Shown here in pieces: positions 46,444-56,403 of a stretch of 64,000 nt of DNA. Source of the DNA: Candidatus Undinarchaeota archaeon (lineage in GTDB: Archaea > SpSt-1190 > JASMDC01). The notes under the pieces are model-generated. The model had not been told where the DNA came from. It ran no database searches and saw nothing but the letters and a program-made list of their open reading frames with translations. The stretch covers positions 125,249 through 189,248 of the forward strand of contig CAZFHY010000003.1 in assembly GCA_964519305.1 (NCBI GenBank), in the 5' to 3' direction. Every line of letters starts with the position of its first letter. Within the stretch, counting starts at the first letter, position 1. A program made the position numbers and the translations under genes.

Positions 46444-49400
46444 TTACCGTGCGTCGCACGTGCATCCGCAGTGCTCGGTAGTCAGCCGGCAGGTGTTCGG
46501 GTCCACATGGAGCTCGCACACCGGCAGACACTCACGGCACTCGACGTTCAGCTGGCAGGAAGCGAAGATCAAGTTCGTCTTGATGTCCTGCCTGTCTCCT
46601 GACATCTGCCCAGCGTCCTGCACCTTCAACGAGGCATAGGGGAAGAGATATTCGCTAACGGTCTCTTCGTTCCACACCGTGCCGTCATCGGCCTTGGCCA
46701 GCAGGAAAATCCTGTAGGTGTTGCCTATTGCGGCCACGAACGGTGAGGTCTGGAGCGTCCGCTTAGCACCCCGCTCGGCCAGGCTCGCGATGACCGTGGT
46801 ATGTGCCTCGGCCACCTCACTGCCATCGTCCTTCATCACCAACAGCTCTATGTTCCCGTCGAACGCGAACGGTACGATGTTCTGGACCTCCATGGACGCG
46901 ATGACCTGGGTGTCCTCGAACCTGGCGTTCACGGCCTTGCCCTCCATGTCCTTGAAGATAGCGTCCACTACTCGGAGCTTCAGGGCCTTGACCTCGAGGT
47001 ACGCCGACGGGTAGGACATCTCTATCTGTGTCTTCTCCGTCTCGCACTTGGTGGTCATGACCTTGCCTGAGCAGGAGTTTGTACCTGCACCTTGTTCAAG
47101 GAGGATCTGCCGTATCACGACAGTGCCATCGGGGGCCTTGACCTCGACTCCGACGCGGATGATCACGTCCATCTGCCTGGAGTTCACTTCATAGGCCTCG
47201 GTAGCGAGCACAGAGTCACGGACCGGTTCCGTGATAGTGTACGTCGCCCTCGAGTCAGGTATCTCGATGCCCTCGATCGCCATGAACACGCTCACATTGA
47301 GCGGGAACCACTCGGAGGTGATCTTGATCTTACCTTCGGCAGTAGCGCCGGGGTACGCCGACGTGGTGCGCTCTCCGGCCACCTCGAAGTAGGCGTCGGT
47401 GAGCTCCAGGTCACCCATCTCGATGAAGTTCACGAGCTCGCCCTCGGCCGAGAAGATCGCCTTCCCTGCCTTGGTGATCACAGCGTATGGCTGCACGGAC
47501 TTGCCCGTGTAGCTCTCGTCGAGCACCATGGCGTTGGTCCTGTACCTGAATGTCTCTCCGGGTCGCAGTAGAGCGATATCCCTGGTCGTCACGGGGGCGA
47601 CATTCTCCTCGCACACGCAGTCGCAGGTGTAGCCGGTCGGACATTCGGGGCAGTCGCAGTCCTCGACGGTCTTGAGCTTGACCTCTACGGCACCGCTGTA
47701 CGTGAACTCACCCGCGTTGTCGATGATGACGTCGATCTGACTCTCCTCTCCGATATAGAACGTGTTGGAGTAGTCATCCCCGCGCATCATGCGCAGAGTG
47801 ACGTGGAGGTCCGGTGACAGTGCCTTCTCGACACGCAGACAGGACTCGTCCATACCGCAGGCGACGATCTTGTCGTTGAGAACGGGGTTCTCGTTGCAGC
47901 TCTTCAGGCAGTCCTTCTGCAGGTTGCTCTCGATGTACTCGGCCATGCAGTCGGTCTCGCAGGTGATGTCCGCCTCGCGGGCAGCGTCTTCGCACCGGAC
48001 CGCAAGCCGCTCGTTGTCCTTGAGCTTGCGCAGGCACTCTTCCCTGATGGGGCTGGTGACCTTCGCGCACTTGCCGTTCAGACAGGAGCCGATGCCGTCC
48101 TTACATGCAGTGCCGTCGACCTTGCCGACGCACTCGTTCTCACCTGATGTGACCTTGAAGCACTGGCCCTCTATGCACGCACCAGTGCCGGCACCGCAGG
48201 AGGTGCCCTCGGGCATACCATCGCACTCATCGCCAGGGATGATCTCGAGGCATCGGTACTCCTCGCACACGCCGTCGCCGTCGTTGCACGAAGTACCGTC
48301 GCTCTTGTCGCGACACTCGTCTGGCGAGACGACCTCGACACAGTTCTTGGCCTCGCATATACCTGCGCCCGCTGCGCACGGGAGACCGTCCTCCTTGGAA
48401 CCGCACTCGGTGTTGTCCTCGATGATATCGACACATTCACCTTCTGTGCAGGAGCCAGCGCCGTCGTTACATGACTCGCCGTTCGGCTTGTCATAGCACT
48501 CGGGCGGGGGCAGGATGATGTCGACGCACTTACCTGAGGTACAGACTCCGCCACCGTTGTTGCACGATTCGCCATCAACCAGGAGCTCGCACTCGTCGTT
48601 GTTGGGTATCTTCTCGACGCACTTGCCGTCGGTGCAGATGCCCAGGCCGTTCTTGCATGTGTCGCCATCCGTGGCACCGGAGCAGTCACCGCTCGGTATG
48701 ACGTCAACGCACTTACCTTCCTTGCAGATATCGTTGCCGCCGTTGCAGGTTACTCCGTCCTCCTTGTCCGCACACTCGTCCACAGGATCTAGCACATCGA
48801 CGCATCGGTGGTCGACGCATATGTCCTCTCCGCCGTTGCACCTGGCACCGTCCTCTTTATCGGCGCACTCATCGGGATCGGTGAGCTCAGTGCAGCGTCC
48901 TTCGTTGCAGGATCCCTTTCCGTCGTCACAAGGCTCGCCATCCTCCATATCGGCGCACTCGTCGTCGTCGGGATCGAGGATGTCGGCGCATACACCGTCC
49001 TTGCAGATACCCTCGCCGCCCTGGCACTCGGTGCCGTCGGGGCGGGTTGCACAGGAGTCGGTGGAGCACGATAGTGAGATCGGCTCCTCCTTGAACCCGT
49101 ACTTGCAGCAATATCCGGTCTCGGAAGTGACGGTCTGACACTTGTCGAAGCTCACGCTCGTAGCGATGCTCGAAGGAGCTATGCACATGCTGTAGTCCTG
49201 ATCGCCGTCGCCAGTCTGGGAGGACGGGTCCACGATACGGAACTTGCGGTCGATGCACTTCTTGGCACCAGCGGCGCATGAGGTCCCTTCGACCTTGGTA
49301 CAGTAGCAGGCCTCGATCTTGTAGCTGCCTGCTTCCATGTCCTCGACGTCATCGTCCAGGACACCCTTCTGGTCCCAGAAGATGCTCTCCATCGAGGTGA

Positions 49401-52400
49401 CTCCCTTGCATCCGGTCGGTGCTTCCTGCATGACCTGATCGACGTTCTTCCAGCCACCGGAGCTCTTGTAGACCTTCCACCACTCCTCGCAGACGAAGAC
49501 CTGTGACTCGGTGGGGTTCTTGAACTCGAAGATTATGTTCGAACCCATGCTGTGGGTGGAACTGCCGTCGATGTATGGCTCGTCCGTATTAGCGGGCTCA
49601 TCGATGCTCAGGTCGACCTCGAACATCGCACGGCAGCAGCCGAGGTACTTCGAGTTCGTCGGTTCCTGAACGTTCTGGTTGCACTTCTGGCTCGTGAGCC
49701 TCCATTCGTTGCCCCGCTCGCAAACACACATACCTGTCTGCGCGTGGCAGTGCGAGTTCTCGGCCTCTGCACACGTCTTGCAGACTCCCACGCACACGAC
49801 GGGATTATCGGGATCGGTATCCGGATCGGTAACACCGGTGTTGCACTTGGTGGCGCCAGGCCAGCACATGAGCACGGTCGAGCCTTCGGCCTTGCAGCAC
49901 TTGCCCTCGTTCTCGGTGTTCCGAAGACAGAGCTCGCCCTCCTCCTTATCATCACAGGTCATGTCCCCCCAGTCCTCGGGGCACTCGTCGACCTGGGTGT
50001 TGCAGTAGAGCTCGCCGTCCTTGGTGCAGCACAGACCCTTGTTGTTGTCCTCGCCGTACTTGCAGAAGTCGCCCATCTCCTTTTCCTCGCATGTCTCGCG
50101 AGCCTCGGGATCGTCGGCCTCCTCGTCCTCTTCTTCGGGGTCCTCCTCCTCAGTGGTGTCGTCGGCAGGCGGATCGTTCTGCGGGCACTGGGTGCGCGAG
50201 CAGTAGAACACCTGTACTAGGTCCACGTCAGCGACCGTTGCGCCGCCCCACATCTTGCAGCAGGTACCTCCGCCACCGGGGTAGCTGGAGTACCGGTGCT
50301 GGTTGTTGTTGTTGTAGTTACGCCAGCCGCCTCCTTGGTCACCGCTCTGGTAGCCACCCTGGTAGCCACCGCCGGACCCGCCGCCATAGGCGTCGCACGG
50401 TTGTCCCTCGTACTGGCAGTTGTCATGCTGCTGGTACTGCGAGCCGCAGTTCTTGAAGATGTTGACGCTCTGCCCGAACTTCTTCCATTCGGATCCCGAG
50501 CTGCCTATGACATCACGGTTCGTCTCGCAGTAGGGGGCATGGTTACCGAACATGCCGAAGCCGGCGCAGCACATACCGGTGCCGCCGTTGCATGAATCGC
50601 CCACCCTCCTGCCGTAACAGGTGTCGGAGACGCTGCACTCCTTTGTCTTGATACAGTAGAGGTTCTCTCCCTCCTTGCAGCACATACCGCCGCCCTCGCC
50701 ACCCTGGCCGGGGAAGGAGCACTCTGCACCCTCTCCGCGTGACATGCAGAACTCGGAAGGCTTGTTGTCCCCGCAGTCCTCAGCGGATTCGAGACCCGGT
50801 CTGCACTTACCCCAGCAGCAGCGGCCGTTCATCTCTTTACCGCCACAGGGCTTACCCTGTGACACGGGGAGGCCGGGAGGATTCTGCTTCTTCTTCGTCT
50901 CGTCCCACGTGCACGCCATGTCGTAAGCGTGACACGCCTTGGCGTCAGTGCACTGACCGTAGCAGCAGATACCACCGGTACAGGCCGTGTTATCGCTCAC
51001 GTCCTTGCACTCCTCCATGGCATCAACGCTCTGGATCTGGTAATCGAAACACCCTTCGATCTTCTTGAACAGCTCGTCGGGCTTCATCTCCTCGCGGGCA
51101 AGATTGTCCACCGTCTGGAGGTAGGAGCCCTTCCACTCGTCGGCGTTCTTCTTGTCGGATCGCTCGTCGAAGTTGATCTCCGAGTCCAGGCCATCGGGCT
51201 CGCAGTCGTCGTCCACATCCTTGCAGTCGTCCGACGGGTGGATGCACCTGCCGATGAGCTGTGGGAGCCGATAGATACCCTCACACTTCTCCATGGCCTT
51301 CAGGGTCTTCTCTCCAAGGGTCTTCTTCTGGCCCTTGATATCGGCAGTACCAGCATCGGCGCATGCGCCCTCATCGGGCGAACATAGGTTGTCCTCGAAC
51401 AGACTCCACTTGTAACCCGCGTACATGGGCGCTAGGTCCGCCTTGGACCCGGAGAGTGTGAACTTGCCGGAGTCGAACACCTTGTAGTCGAACTTCTGGA
51501 CGCCCTTCTCCGCGTTGATGTCCGTCTTGAGCCCGTCCTCCTCCTCCTGGGCCATGATGATGGTGTTCTTCACGGCCTCCTGGAACTTCTTCATGCCAAT
51601 ACCGGAATTGGTAGTGTCCTCTCGGAGGGCCCGGATGGCCTTCATCTCGTACACGATGACGACGTCCGGGTGCGCGGTATCAGCTGTCTTGTTCGAAGGC
51701 TTCGAGCTACCCTTGTACTGGTACTCATCGATGACCTGCTTGTTCGAGGCCTCCTTCTTCTCGGGAGTGTACGTGGAGTACGACGCGGGGGCCGTCTTGG
51801 TGAAGTCGCAGGTCGGCTTCAGCTTATTGCCGATCGTGTCGATCTGCTGGAGGATACCATCAGAGCCCTTGAACCTTACATGGAAGTTCTCGATGAACGC
51901 CACCATGCCCTGGAGCTTTTCCTTCATGGCGCACGGGGAGAGGTCGCCCTTGTTGTCGTTGAAGACCTTGGAGCCCGAGACCGTACAGACGTCCTTGAGC
52001 AGGGCTGCCCGCTTCTGACAGTCGGCGAGCGCGGACGATAGCAGGATGGCGTGCTTTGCCGCCTTGACCTCGATTACAGCGCCCTTGGCGTCATAATCCT
52101 TGTACTCCTTGTCCTCGTAGTCATCGGTGAAGAACCAGTGCTTCTTACCCTCGTTGTACTCACCACAATAGGTGTACTTCTTGACGGTCTCTTTTGATAC
52201 GGTCCCGATCTTCTCACAGTCCATGCCGGAACCGGAGGGTTGCTTGCCGGTTGCATAGCCATAGCACTCCACGAAGTTCGCCGCGTACTTATCGCTCTTC
52301 TTCTTGGTATCTTCACCGAAGGTGCATTCACTGCTGGGGCACTCGTCCTTGGTCTTGCATACCATGGCGGGCCCCTTTCCGGCACCGCCGGCGGTCTTGC

Positions 52401-54984
52401 ACCACTTCATCTTCTTGTTGTCGGCCTTGCCGGATTCCGTCTTGGGGCTCGTACCCCAGATGCGCTTCTTGCATCGGCCGATGGAGTCGCCGAACGTGGT
52501 GGATACCTTGCTGCATTCGGCGGGGGTCGTAGTGGACGTCCCCGAGATGACCGTGCATCCGCTCGGCGCCTCTCCGGGCGTGAATCCGCTAGCATAGGCA
52601 CTGTCACATGTCTCAGATCGGGAGCTAGAGCCGTCGCAGAGCTCGTCGGTGAGCCCGCCGTGCTCGAACACCTTCACTCCGAGGTCCTCCTCCTTGAGGT
52701 CGTCGACATCGCTCGAATCCTCCTTGCACACCCAAGTGCGCGAGAACGTGAGCCCGTCCGAGTCATCCTTGCACGGACCCTCCTTGGGATTGATCTTGTT
52801 CATGGATTCGGCCTGCAGTTCGCCATTGGTACCTGACTTGCAGTCGGGGCAGTCGAACCCGCCCGCATGTATCTCGGCACCTGCGCAGCAGCTGAGGACG
52901 GCGCACAGACCGCACTTGTCGGCTGACGTGAGGGCGTCCTTGTGCTTCGTACCCTCGACGTCGAAGGCGCACTTGCGTGCTTCCTCGCTCAGGCACACGT
53001 ACTGTGCAGCATCGTCACAGAGCTTGGGACCGAACTCCTCGGCCTTCGCTGCGGCTATCTGATCGATGGTGAACTTGAGGTTCTTGGCGTTCCCCATGTC
53101 CCCTACGTTGGCGTCCGCGCAGGTCGGATATTCGGTGCCTTTGAATTCATTATAATAGGAGTCGCAGTTCTTGCACTGCTCATCGAACGCCTTGAGCAGT
53201 TGCCTGAGGTGCTCCAAGAGGCCTCCGATGGCCTTCTCGTCGCCAAAGTAGAACGCGTCGATCTCCATGAGGGCGCCCCGCATCTTCTGCAAGTGCTCGC
53301 ACATGTTAGCGACACCGTGCTTCTTGCGGTCATATTCGGACTTATACTTGGAGCAGTCGAGCTTGTTCGGGTCGAGCGGTGATGGTGTGGAGTCCTTGCC
53401 CTCGATGGCCGGCGGGTCCTTGACCTTGATGACGGTCGAAGAAAGGACCTCCGTCTTGCATTCGCTCTTCATCATGAGGGCGCCTTCTTCGCTGTCCTCC
53501 TTCTTGCAGCATACCTCCTCGTCAGAGCATTCATCGATGCTCCCTGCCTTCTGGCTGCCTGTGGGACATTCCTTGGCATCGTCGGTTATCTCATGAGTGA
53601 ATGTCGAACCCTTCGCACCTTCCTCGCCGGTCCCATCCTCGGTTCGCTTGCAGCAGATGGAAAGGCCGTTCTTGAGCTGCTCGTCCTTCAGCTTCTGAGC
53701 CATCTCGTTGCACTTGGCCTCGTCCTTGTTCTCGACACCATCTCCGCAGAGCTTGTCATACGAATCCTTGAGGTCCTTTGTCGCTTCCTTGGACTCAGGT
53801 GAACCTGGATCTTTGTTATCGAGTGTCTCGGTGGCGGCGTCCCACTTTTCCTGGGCCTCCTTGTCCGCGATGACGGCCTCTTGGTTCTCCTTCTTGCAGG
53901 AGTCGCCGTCCGCATCGACCGCGATGACCACGGCGTTGCCAGTGCCATCACGCTTGAGGACACAGCGCTGCTCTTCCTTCGTACATGTCCCCAGGGCCGT
54001 GCCATCGCCGCACTGTGTCTCCTTGGGGAGGGCCGCAGTGCACTTCTCGACGCCGTTCTTGCTGGCATCCCCTGCGAACGTGACACCGAGATCAGCACCA
54101 CTGCAGGACTTGCGACAATTGTAGGTCTTCTTGGTCGCGTCTCCCTCGATACAGACCTTGCCTACATCCGCGATGACCGTTTCGTCCTTATCTTCGCCAA
54201 CGATAACGGCGGCCCCAGAGTCGTCCGCCTTGGGGATGGTTATCGAGGCCTTGCATCGTTTGGCGCGTGAATAGAATTCTGGATTATAATACATCTCGGC
54301 CGAATACGTCTTTCCGCCGTGCGCATCCAGAGCGAAGGTGTACGTGATGGCCTTTGATGCCTTGTAGCAATGGTTCGGGAAACCGGGTTGGCCGTTCCCA
54401 TTGCCATTGCATTTGTAAGTGCTCGTTGCTACGTGGTTGCCGCCGTTGTACAGCCAGACCCAGACGCTCGACTGACCGGATTTCGCGTGTCCGCACTCGA
54501 ACGTGGCCTCGGTCTTCGTGGGCTCTCCGACGGCTTTGCAGTAGAACGATGAACAATCCTGAGCGGTGGTCGATGAGCTGTCGTCATTGTTATTAATAGG
54601 GGGAGTGACGACCTTCTTCTTGCACACGTTGTCCTTGCACTCCAGGTCGTTGCCGGACTCGCAATAGGTGCCTCCGCAGCACTTCTTGCCCTCTCTTCCA
54701 CAGTCGAGGTTGGTCATACAGTCATAATTGGAGACTTTTGTATATCGTCTATAGATATCGGCCCTGTCGAAGGCCGCTTGTACCTGTTTACATGAATCGT
54801 CGAAGAAACCGCGGCTCCCTACCCAGTTGTACTTTGATTCTTTTAGAACGTCGTTCGATTTGTAATAGACCGTCTCATAGCAACAGACGGGGTATGCTGA
54901 CATTGCCGGGACCAACAGTATGAAGATACATGCTAGTCCCACAAGTACGCTCATTGGAATTGTGCTCAATCGTTCGTTCACCAT
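46444..54984 (-). CDS. Giant (2846-aa) secreted cysteine-rich protein
   Basis: Signal peptide, very high Cys content, several repeat families, C-terminal beta-sandwich-like domains and no C-terminal TM. Confidence 0.88.
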   Translation of the reverse strand: MVNERLSTIPMSVLVGLACIFILLVPAMSAYPVCCYETVYYKSNDVLKESKYNWVGSRGFFDDSCKQVQAAFDRADIYRRYTKVSNYDCMTNLDCGREGKKCCGGTYCESGNDLECKDNVCKKKVVTPPINNNDDSSSTTAQDCSSFYCKAVGEPTKTEATFECGHAKSGQSSVWVWLYNGGNHVATSTYKCNGNGNGQPGFPNHCYKASKAITYTFALDAHGGKTYSAEMYYNPEFYSRAKRCKASITIPKADDSGAAVIVGEDKDETVIADVGKVCIEGDATKKTYNCRKSCSGADLGVTFAGDASKNGVEKCTAALPKETQCGDGTALGTCTKEEQRCVLKRDGTGNAVVIAVDADGDSCKKENQEAVIADKEAQEKWDAATETLDNKDPGSPESKEATKDLKDSYDKLCGDGVENKDEAKCNEMAQKLKDEQLKNGLSICCKRTEDGTGEEGAKGSTFTHEITDDAKECPTGSQKAGSIDECSDEEVCCKKEDSEEGALMMKSECKTEVLSSTVIKVKDPPAIEGKDSTPSPLDPNKLDCSKYKSEYDRKKHGVANMCEHLQKMRGALMEIDAFYFGDEKAIGGLLEHLRQLLKAFDEQCKNCDSYYNEFKGTEYPTCADANVGDMGNAKNLKFTIDQIAAAKAEEFGPKLCDDAAQYVCLSEEARKCAFDVEGTKHKDALTSADKCGLCAVLSCCAGAEIHAGGFDCPDCKSGTNGELQAESMNKINPKEGPCKDDSDGLTFSRTWVCKEDSSDVDDLKEEDLGVKVFEHGGLTDELCDGSSSRSETCDSAYASGFTPGEAPSGCTVISGTSTTTPAECSKVSTTFGDSIGRCKKRIWGTSPKTESGKADNKKMKWCKTAGGAGKGPAMVCKTKDECPSSECTFGEDTKKKSDKYAANFVECYGYATGKQPSGSGMDCEKIGTVSKETVKKYTYCGEYNEGKKHWFFTDDYEDKEYKDYDAKGAVIEVKAAKHAILLSSALADCQKRAALLKDVCTVSGSKVFNDNKGDLSPCAMKEKLQGMVAFIENFHVRFKGSDGILQQIDTIGNKLKPTCDFTKTAPASYSTYTPEKKEASNKQVIDEYQYKGSSKPSNKTADTAHPDVVIVYEMKAIRALREDTTNSGIGMKKFQEAVKNTIIMAQEEEDGLKTDINAEKGVQKFDYKVFDSGKFTLSGSKADLAPMYAGYKWSLFEDNLCSPDEGACADAGTADIKGQKKTLGEKTLKAMEKCEGIYRLPQLIGRCIHPSDDCKDVDDDCEPDGLDSEINFDERSDKKNADEWKGSYLQTVDNLAREEMKPDELFKKIEGCFDYQIQSVDAMEECKDVSDNTACTGGICCYGQCTDAKACHAYDMACTWDETKKKQNPPGLPVSQGKPCGGKEMNGRCCWGKCRPGLESAEDCGDNKPSEFCMSRGEGAECSFPGQGGEGGGMCCKEGENLYCIKTKECSVSDTCYGRRVGDSCNGGTGMCCAGFGMFGNHAPYCETNRDVIGSSGSEWKKFGQSVNIFKNCGSQYQQHDNCQYEGQPCDAYGGGSGGGYQGGYQSGDQGGGWRNYNNNNQHRYSSYPGGGGTCCKMWGGATVADVDLVQVFYCSRTQCPQNDPPADDTTEEEDPEEEDEEADDPEARETCEEKEMGDFCKYGEDNNKGLCCTKDGELYCNTQVDECPEDWGDMTCDDKEEGELCLRNTENEGKCCKAEGSTVLMCWPGATKCNTGVTDPDTDPDNPVVCVGVCKTCAEAENSHCHAQTGMCVCERGNEWRLTSQKCNQNVQEPTNSKYLGCCRAMFEVDLSIDEPANTDEPYIDGSSTHSMGSNIIFEFKNPTESQVFVCEEWWKVYKSSGGWKNVDQVMQEAPTGCKGVTSMESIFWDQKGVLDDDVEDMEAGSYKIEACYCTKVEGTSCAAGAKKCIDRKFRIVDPSSQTGDGDQDYSMCIAPSSIATSVSFDKCQTVTSETGYCCKYGFKEEPISLSCSTDSCATRPDGTECQGGEGICKDGVCADILDPDDDECADMEDGEPCDDGKGSCNEGRCTELTDPDECADKEDGARCNGGEDICVDHRCVDVLDPVDECADKEDGVTCNGGNDICKEGKCVDVIPSGDCSGATDGDTCKNGLGICTDGKCVEKIPNNDECELLVDGESCNNGGGVCTSGKCVDIILPPPECYDKPNGESCNDGAGSCTEGECVDIIEDNTECGSKEDGLPCAAGAGICEAKNCVEVVSPDECRDKSDGTSCNDGDGVCEEYRCLEIIPGDECDGMPEGTSCGAGTGACIEGQCFKVTSGENECVGKVDGTACKDGIGSCLNGKCAKVTSPIREECLRKLKDNERLAVRCEDAAREADITCETDCMAEYIESNLQKDCLKSCNENPVLNDKIVACGMDESCLRVEKALSPDLHVTLRMMRGDDYSNTFYIGEESQIDVIIDNAGEFTYSGAVEVKLKTVEDCDCPECPTGYTCDCVCEENVAPVTTRDIALLRPGETFRYRTNAMVLDESYTGKSVQPYAVITKAGKAIFSAEGELVNFIEMGDLELTDAYFEVAGERTTSAYPGATAEGKIKITSEWFPLNVSVFMAIEGIEIPDSRATYTITEPVRDSVLATEAYEVNSRQMDVIIRVGVEVKAPDGTVVIRQILLEQGAGTNSCSGKVMTTKCETEKTQIEMSYPSAYLEVKALKLRVVDAIFKDMEGKAVNARFEDTQVIASMEVQNIVPFAFDGNIELLVMKDDGSEVAEAHTTVIASLAERGAKRTLQTSPFVAAIGNTYRIFLLAKADDGTVWNEETVSEYLFPYASLKVQDAGQMSGDRQDIKTNLIFASCQLNVECRECLPVCELHVDPNTCRLTTEHCGCTCDAR
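48058..49053 (-). repeat. 11 tandem ~30-aa four-Cys repeats (Cx4[DNE]GxxCxxGxxxCx4C)
   Basis: Counted from CATRPDGTECQGGEGICKDGVC through CVGKVDGTACKDGIGSCLNGKC. Confidence 0.9.
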
Positions 54985-55381
54985 ATGAATCGACCTTCCT
55001 CTTTACATGACAACGTGTAGTGTCCTTTTAGGCGGAACCTCTGCCGATATATAAAGGGCCCCGTGACTGTTTTATAAAGAGGCGTCCCCCAAATAGCCAG
55101 TATTTCCACTATGCGGTCTGAATGGGGCCCAATTACGGTTCCAGACCGTTCCGGGCGTATTAAGCGCCATTTTCTATTGCAACAGAGGAAGTATCCGCGT
55201 ACTTAGCGGTCATCATTGACGTTCGGCTATTCGTCAGGTGTCGATTATGCTTCCGGGTGGTCTTTTTCGATATATCGGTCCAACGTAGAAATCCGGGACA
55301 CCGACCATCCTCCGTTCTATCGGGATCAAGTGCGCCTCCAAGGTCACTTTTTTAATACTACCCCGCGAGGATACGCCCAGT

Positions 55382-56158
55382 ATGGCCTTTGGCGAGATCG
55401 AGGATGAAGATGAAGAGACGACGACCCAGTTGACCGAGGGCGAGGCGCTGGGGAAGCCGTCCCAGGTCACACGTGTAAGGTCAGGGGTCCCTGGCCTTGA
55501 CGATCTTCTCCAGGGCGGCATACCCCGCAACAACCTTGTCCTCGTCACGGGCTCGTGCGGGAACGGGAAATCGACGCTCGGTATGCAGTTCCTCTGCCAT
55601 GGGGCCCAGTACGAGGACGAACCTGGCGTCTATCTTACCCTTGAGGAACCGCCGGAGCAGATCATTGAGAACGCCGGTCACTATGGCTGGGACGTCAAAG
55701 GTCTCATCAATGAGAAGAAGCTCAATGTAGTTGAACCCGAACTCTATAAGTGGGAATCTCTGGTCACCACTATAGAGGATTCAGTGATGGAGATAAGTGC
55801 CAAGCGACTTGTCCTCGACTCCGCGACCATCCTCGGGATGTATTTCAACGATCAGTACAAGATACGTCGTTCGTTCATGGACCTTTCGCGGATCCTGCGG
55901 AGGGTCAATTGCACGACATTCATGATCTCGGAAAGGGAAGAGGGCGCGAACAAGTACTCAGTCTATGGGGTCGAGGAGTTCGTCGTCGACGGTGTTATCG
56001 TCCTCTACTTCATCAAAGAGAAGAACATGTTCATGCGGGCGCTGGCAGTGCGTAAGATGCGCTCGACGAACCACAGCACGAAGATCTATCCGTTCAAGAT
56101 CGCGGCCCCCGGGGGCATCAAGGTCTATCCCTCAGCTGAGATATTCGGTGATGTGTGA
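55382..56158 (+). CDS. Single-domain KaiC/RAD55 family ATPase
   Basis: SGVPGLDDLLQGGIP, GSCGNGKST, TLEE, RLVLDS, EEFVVDGVI.L and VRKMRSTNH. Confidence 0.93.
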   Translation: MAFGEIEDEDEETTTQLTEGEALGKPSQVTRVRSGVPGLDDLLQGGIPRNNLVLVTGSCGNGKSTLGMQFLCHGAQYEDEPGVYLTLEEPPEQIIENAGHYGWDVKGLINEKKLNVVEPELYKWESLVTTIEDSVMEISAKRLVLDSATILGMYFNDQYKIRRSFMDLSRILRRVNCTTFMISEREEGANKYSVYGVEEFVVDGVIVLYFIKEKNMFMRALAVRKMRSTNHSTKIYPFKIAAPGGIKVYPSAEIFGDV

Positions 56159-56239
56159 CGTGATTATCGGTCTTTTTTCGGGTTCCTGCCCCCTGCTCGA
56201 TGCCTCCGATACGGGTCAAGTAGCGCGTTTCACTGGTCA

Positions 56240-56258
56240 GTTATTAAAGATTAATAAC
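56240..56258. promoter_or_regulatory. Perfect inverted repeat, putative transcription-factor site upstream of the S-layer promoter
   Basis: GTTATTAA-AGA-TTAATAAC. Confidence 0.5.
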
Positions 56259-56341
56259 ATTCATGAGTTACACAAGATTGACGTAGCGATGTTCGGCGAA
56301 TGACGTGTTACTACTGGCCAGCAAGTGCATTTTTACCAAAC

Positions 56342-56350
56342 TTTTATAAA
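56342..56350 (+). promoter_or_regulatory. Strong TATA box of the S-layer gene
   Basis: TTTTATAAA preceded by a BRE-like CCAAAC. AAGGAG SD at about 56387. Confidence 0.7.
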
Positions 56351-56403
56351 TCAGGTTCGGACTAGTCTGGCCTAAGCGAATGCTGAAAGGAGTGTGCATT
56401 AAA

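Noticed and set aside
48058-49053. Possible CRISPR array or DNA tandem repeat
   Set aside because: The periodicity is at protein level with degenerate codons. There are no identical repeats with unique spacers and no cas genes.
46238-54984. Island integrated at tRNA-Met
   Set aside because: I noticed no integrase and no duplicated tRNA 3' end, and most of the giant gene has host-like composition.
55382-56158. Circadian KaiC or RadA/RadB recombinase
   Set aside because: It has a single domain, no kaiA/kaiB neighbours and no RadA N-terminal HhH domain.
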